The notes below the pieces were generated by a model, which was not told where the DNA came from, did no database searches, and saw only the letters and a program-made list of their open reading frames with translations. Positions 30,284-32,000 of a stretch of 32,000 nucleotides of DNA are shown here, piece by piece (positions within the stretch are counted from its first letter, which is position 1; every line of letters begins with the position of its first letter). The translations under genes and the position numbers were made by a program. This DNA comes from Methanothermobacter thermautotrophicus str. Delta H (GTDB lineage Archaea; Methanobacteriota; Methanobacteria; Methanobacteriales; Methanothermobacteraceae): positions 1,680,001-1,712,000 of the forward strand of contig NC_000916.1 in NCBI RefSeq assembly GCF_000008645.1, read 5' to 3'.

Positions 30284-30549
30284 CTAAACACCACTTAATT
30301 ATCTGTCAGGGTTTTTATTTATAACTTGGCAGCGATCATGGATTTTCAGTGTCGTCTGGGCTGGCGGTTATTTCGTCAGTGATTATGGAATGTTCATGGT
30401 TTCTGAAGAGACACCATGCGTGTGGTTGTGAAAGTTATTATTGTGATTATGGAATATTCTCGATGTCCTATCCCGAAAGATTATTCATTTTTAGAAGCAG
30501 AGTAGTTACAGGGGCATGACATTTTTCTCATAACCGAGGAGGTGTTAGT

Positions 30550-31113
30550 GTGGGCAGAGTGCATGTTGATGGGGGTAAATCAACACGTGACCTCATAGAC
30601 GCCAGGAAACTGATTGAGCTGCTTCCACTGAAACCAGGAGATACGTTCCTCGATGCTGGATGTGGTGATGGCTTCATTTCACTTGAGGCGGTGAATGCTG
30701 TGGGAGATGAGGGAATGGTAATTGCAGTTGACATATACCCACCATCAGTTGAAGCCCTCAGATCAGCCGCTTCAGGGATCAAAAACATTGTAACACTCCT
30801 TGATGATATAACAGGGAGGCTTCCGGTCCCCGATGGGACAGTTGACATTTATTTCATGGCAAACGTGTTCCATGGGATAGTTGCAAATGGGGAGGTTGAC
30901 CTCCTCCTTGCCGAGGTGAGGAGACTTCTGAGGGATGATGGTAAACTCGCCATAGTTGATTTTAAGAAAATTCCAGGAACCCCGGGTCCACACCTTGACC
31001 TGAGGCTATCTGAGGATGAGGTCATCGGGATACTCAGGGAAAAGGGATTTGAGGTCGAGGATGTGGTGGATGCAGGGTCTTTTCATTATCTTGTTGTGGG
31101 GTCTCCTTTGTGA
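30550..31113 (+). CDS. class I SAM-dependent methyltransferase
   Basis: 187 aa: LLPLKPGDTFLDAGCGDGFISLEAVNAVGDEGMVIAVDIYPPSVEALRS ... LPVPDGTVDIYFMANVFHGI. GTG start with AGGAGG upstream. Confidence 0.85.
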   Translation: MGRVHVDGGKSTRDLIDARKLIELLPLKPGDTFLDAGCGDGFISLEAVNAVGDEGMVIAVDIYPPSVEALRSAASGIKNIVTLLDDITGRLPVPDGTVDIYFMANVFHGIVANGEVDLLLAEVRRLLRDDGKLAIVDFKKIPGTPGPHLDLRLSEDEVIGILREKGFEVEDVVDAGSFHYLVVGSPL

Positions 31114-31164
31114 CCGGAGCCGGCCCATTAGCTGCTGGAGTCTAATCGTTGGAGTACTGCAAAA

Positions 31165-31902
31165 TTAGTATAGAGGTGTGTATCTCTGGAGGAATTCCTG
31201 CTTCTCACGGTCCAGAATCCTCAGCGCTGACATGTTCTGGGGTGATGAGGCAGCACGCTCCTCAACAAGGTTTCTGAGTGTTCCGTTTCTGATATGCTCA
31301 CGGACCTCGCTGATTATTAGCTCAAGGGTGTGCCTGTTTCTCTCCATGAGATCCCCTGCTCCAGCATCACAGATACCGTAGGTGTCCAGTGGATAGGTGT
31401 GACTCTCTGTCAGGAGGATGTTGAGTCTCCCATATAGCTCTGCAGTGGCATCTGAGAAGAGGTCCATGCCCATGTAGGTGAGGATGGGAATGAATGCAGG
31501 GTGTGAGAAGGTTGAGCAAAGCAGGGTTTCAGGCTTCAAAGATTCCCTCAGTGCAGTTAGAATTCTCACAAGGTCACCGGGCCTCTGAAGCAGTTCATCC
31601 ATATTTGCCACTATGAGCCTCCTGAACCCCATCTCCTCAAGTTCAAGGGCACACCTTATCCGCAGGTCCTGGTAGCTGGATCCATGTATGAAGGCATAAT
31701 CTGCAGCGGAACCTGAGGCCATCCTGAGGGTTTCATCAACACCCCACTCTGCAATTTCCCTGGGGACACTGTAGGGTATGGTCTCATGGGGTGCTATCTC
31801 CATCCCGTCATGTTCAAGGAGTAGAGGTGTTTCAGTATCATCCAGGAGGCCCAGCCTTGCAGGACCGTCATGTAACTTTATCTGGTATCTGCTCATGATC
31901 AT
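31165..31902 (-). CDS. tRNA-ribosyltransferase (TGT/archaeosine)-like protein, truncated relative to full TgtA
   Basis: 245 aa: RYQIKLHDGPARLGLLDDTETPLLLEHDG ... LLCSTFSHPAFIPILTYMGMDLFSDATAELYGRLNILLTESHTYPL, reminiscent of archaeosine transferase-type proteins, without the full catalytic barrel length. Confidence 0.55.
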   Translation of the reverse strand: MIMSRYQIKLHDGPARLGLLDDTETPLLLEHDGMEIAPHETIPYSVPREIAEWGVDETLRMASGSAADYAFIHGSSYQDLRIRCALELEEMGFRRLIVANMDELLQRPGDLVRILTALRESLKPETLLCSTFSHPAFIPILTYMGMDLFSDATAELYGRLNILLTESHTYPLDTYGICDAGAGDLMERNRHTLELIISEVREHIRNGTLRNLVEERAASSPQNMSALRILDREKQEFLQRYTPLY

Positions 31903-31954
31903 GCACCGTCATACCTACTTGAGGCACCCTTCTACTTAACCATTTCCAGAATGC

Positions 31955-31973
31955 TGTAACCTTAAAGGTTACA
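31955..31973. promoter_or_regulatory. operator-like inverted repeat
   Basis: TGTAACCTT-A-AAGGTTACA: perfect 9-nt arms with a 1-nt centre, about 53 bp upstream of the minus-strand start at 31902; a TATAAAG sequence (minus strand) lies at the window edge. Confidence 0.4.
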
Positions 31974-32000
31974 CTCTCGCGAATTTTAGGAATCTTTATA

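Overview
The window reads as a gene-dense methanogen chromosome, most likely Methanothermobacter (inferred from gene content, AGG/AGA/ATA-rich codons and GGAGG/GGTG ribosome-binding sites). I see no transposon, prophage, CRISPR array, rRNA or tRNA. The main landmarks are: a TatD-like hydrolase running off the left edge; two tandem FilR1-type HTH regulators; a minus-strand cluster tfrB / TrmH-SpoU methyltransferase / DUF1512 / dcd / glyS; iorAB facing an ACT-domain gene and a PaaK-like arylacetate-CoA ligase; a sodium:solute symporter with a tiny accessory protein; a YhgE/Pip membrane protein; PRC-barrel / Zn-finger / pyrE; moaB; Nob1; and a DUF2117 gene. These are followed by a compact plus-strand run of methanogenesis marker genes: mmp2, mmp3, mmp6, DUF2111, mmp5, mmp15, mmp17, ending in nifB. 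After that come mtnA, trm5, dphB, a small unknown, a SAM methyltransferase and a TGT/archaeosine-transferase-like protein. The most interesting signal is the mmp operon directly coupled to nifB (about 20.6-27.2 kb), consistent with a metallocluster-dependent methyl-coenzyme M reductase activation or maturation locus. Secondary leads are a 42-aa small CDS missing from the ORF track at the head of that operon, a foldable 85-nt intergenic element (18569-18653), a 19-bp operator-like dyad near the right edge, and a probable CTG start for the TatD-like gene. All family calls were made by reading the translations; no database search was run.
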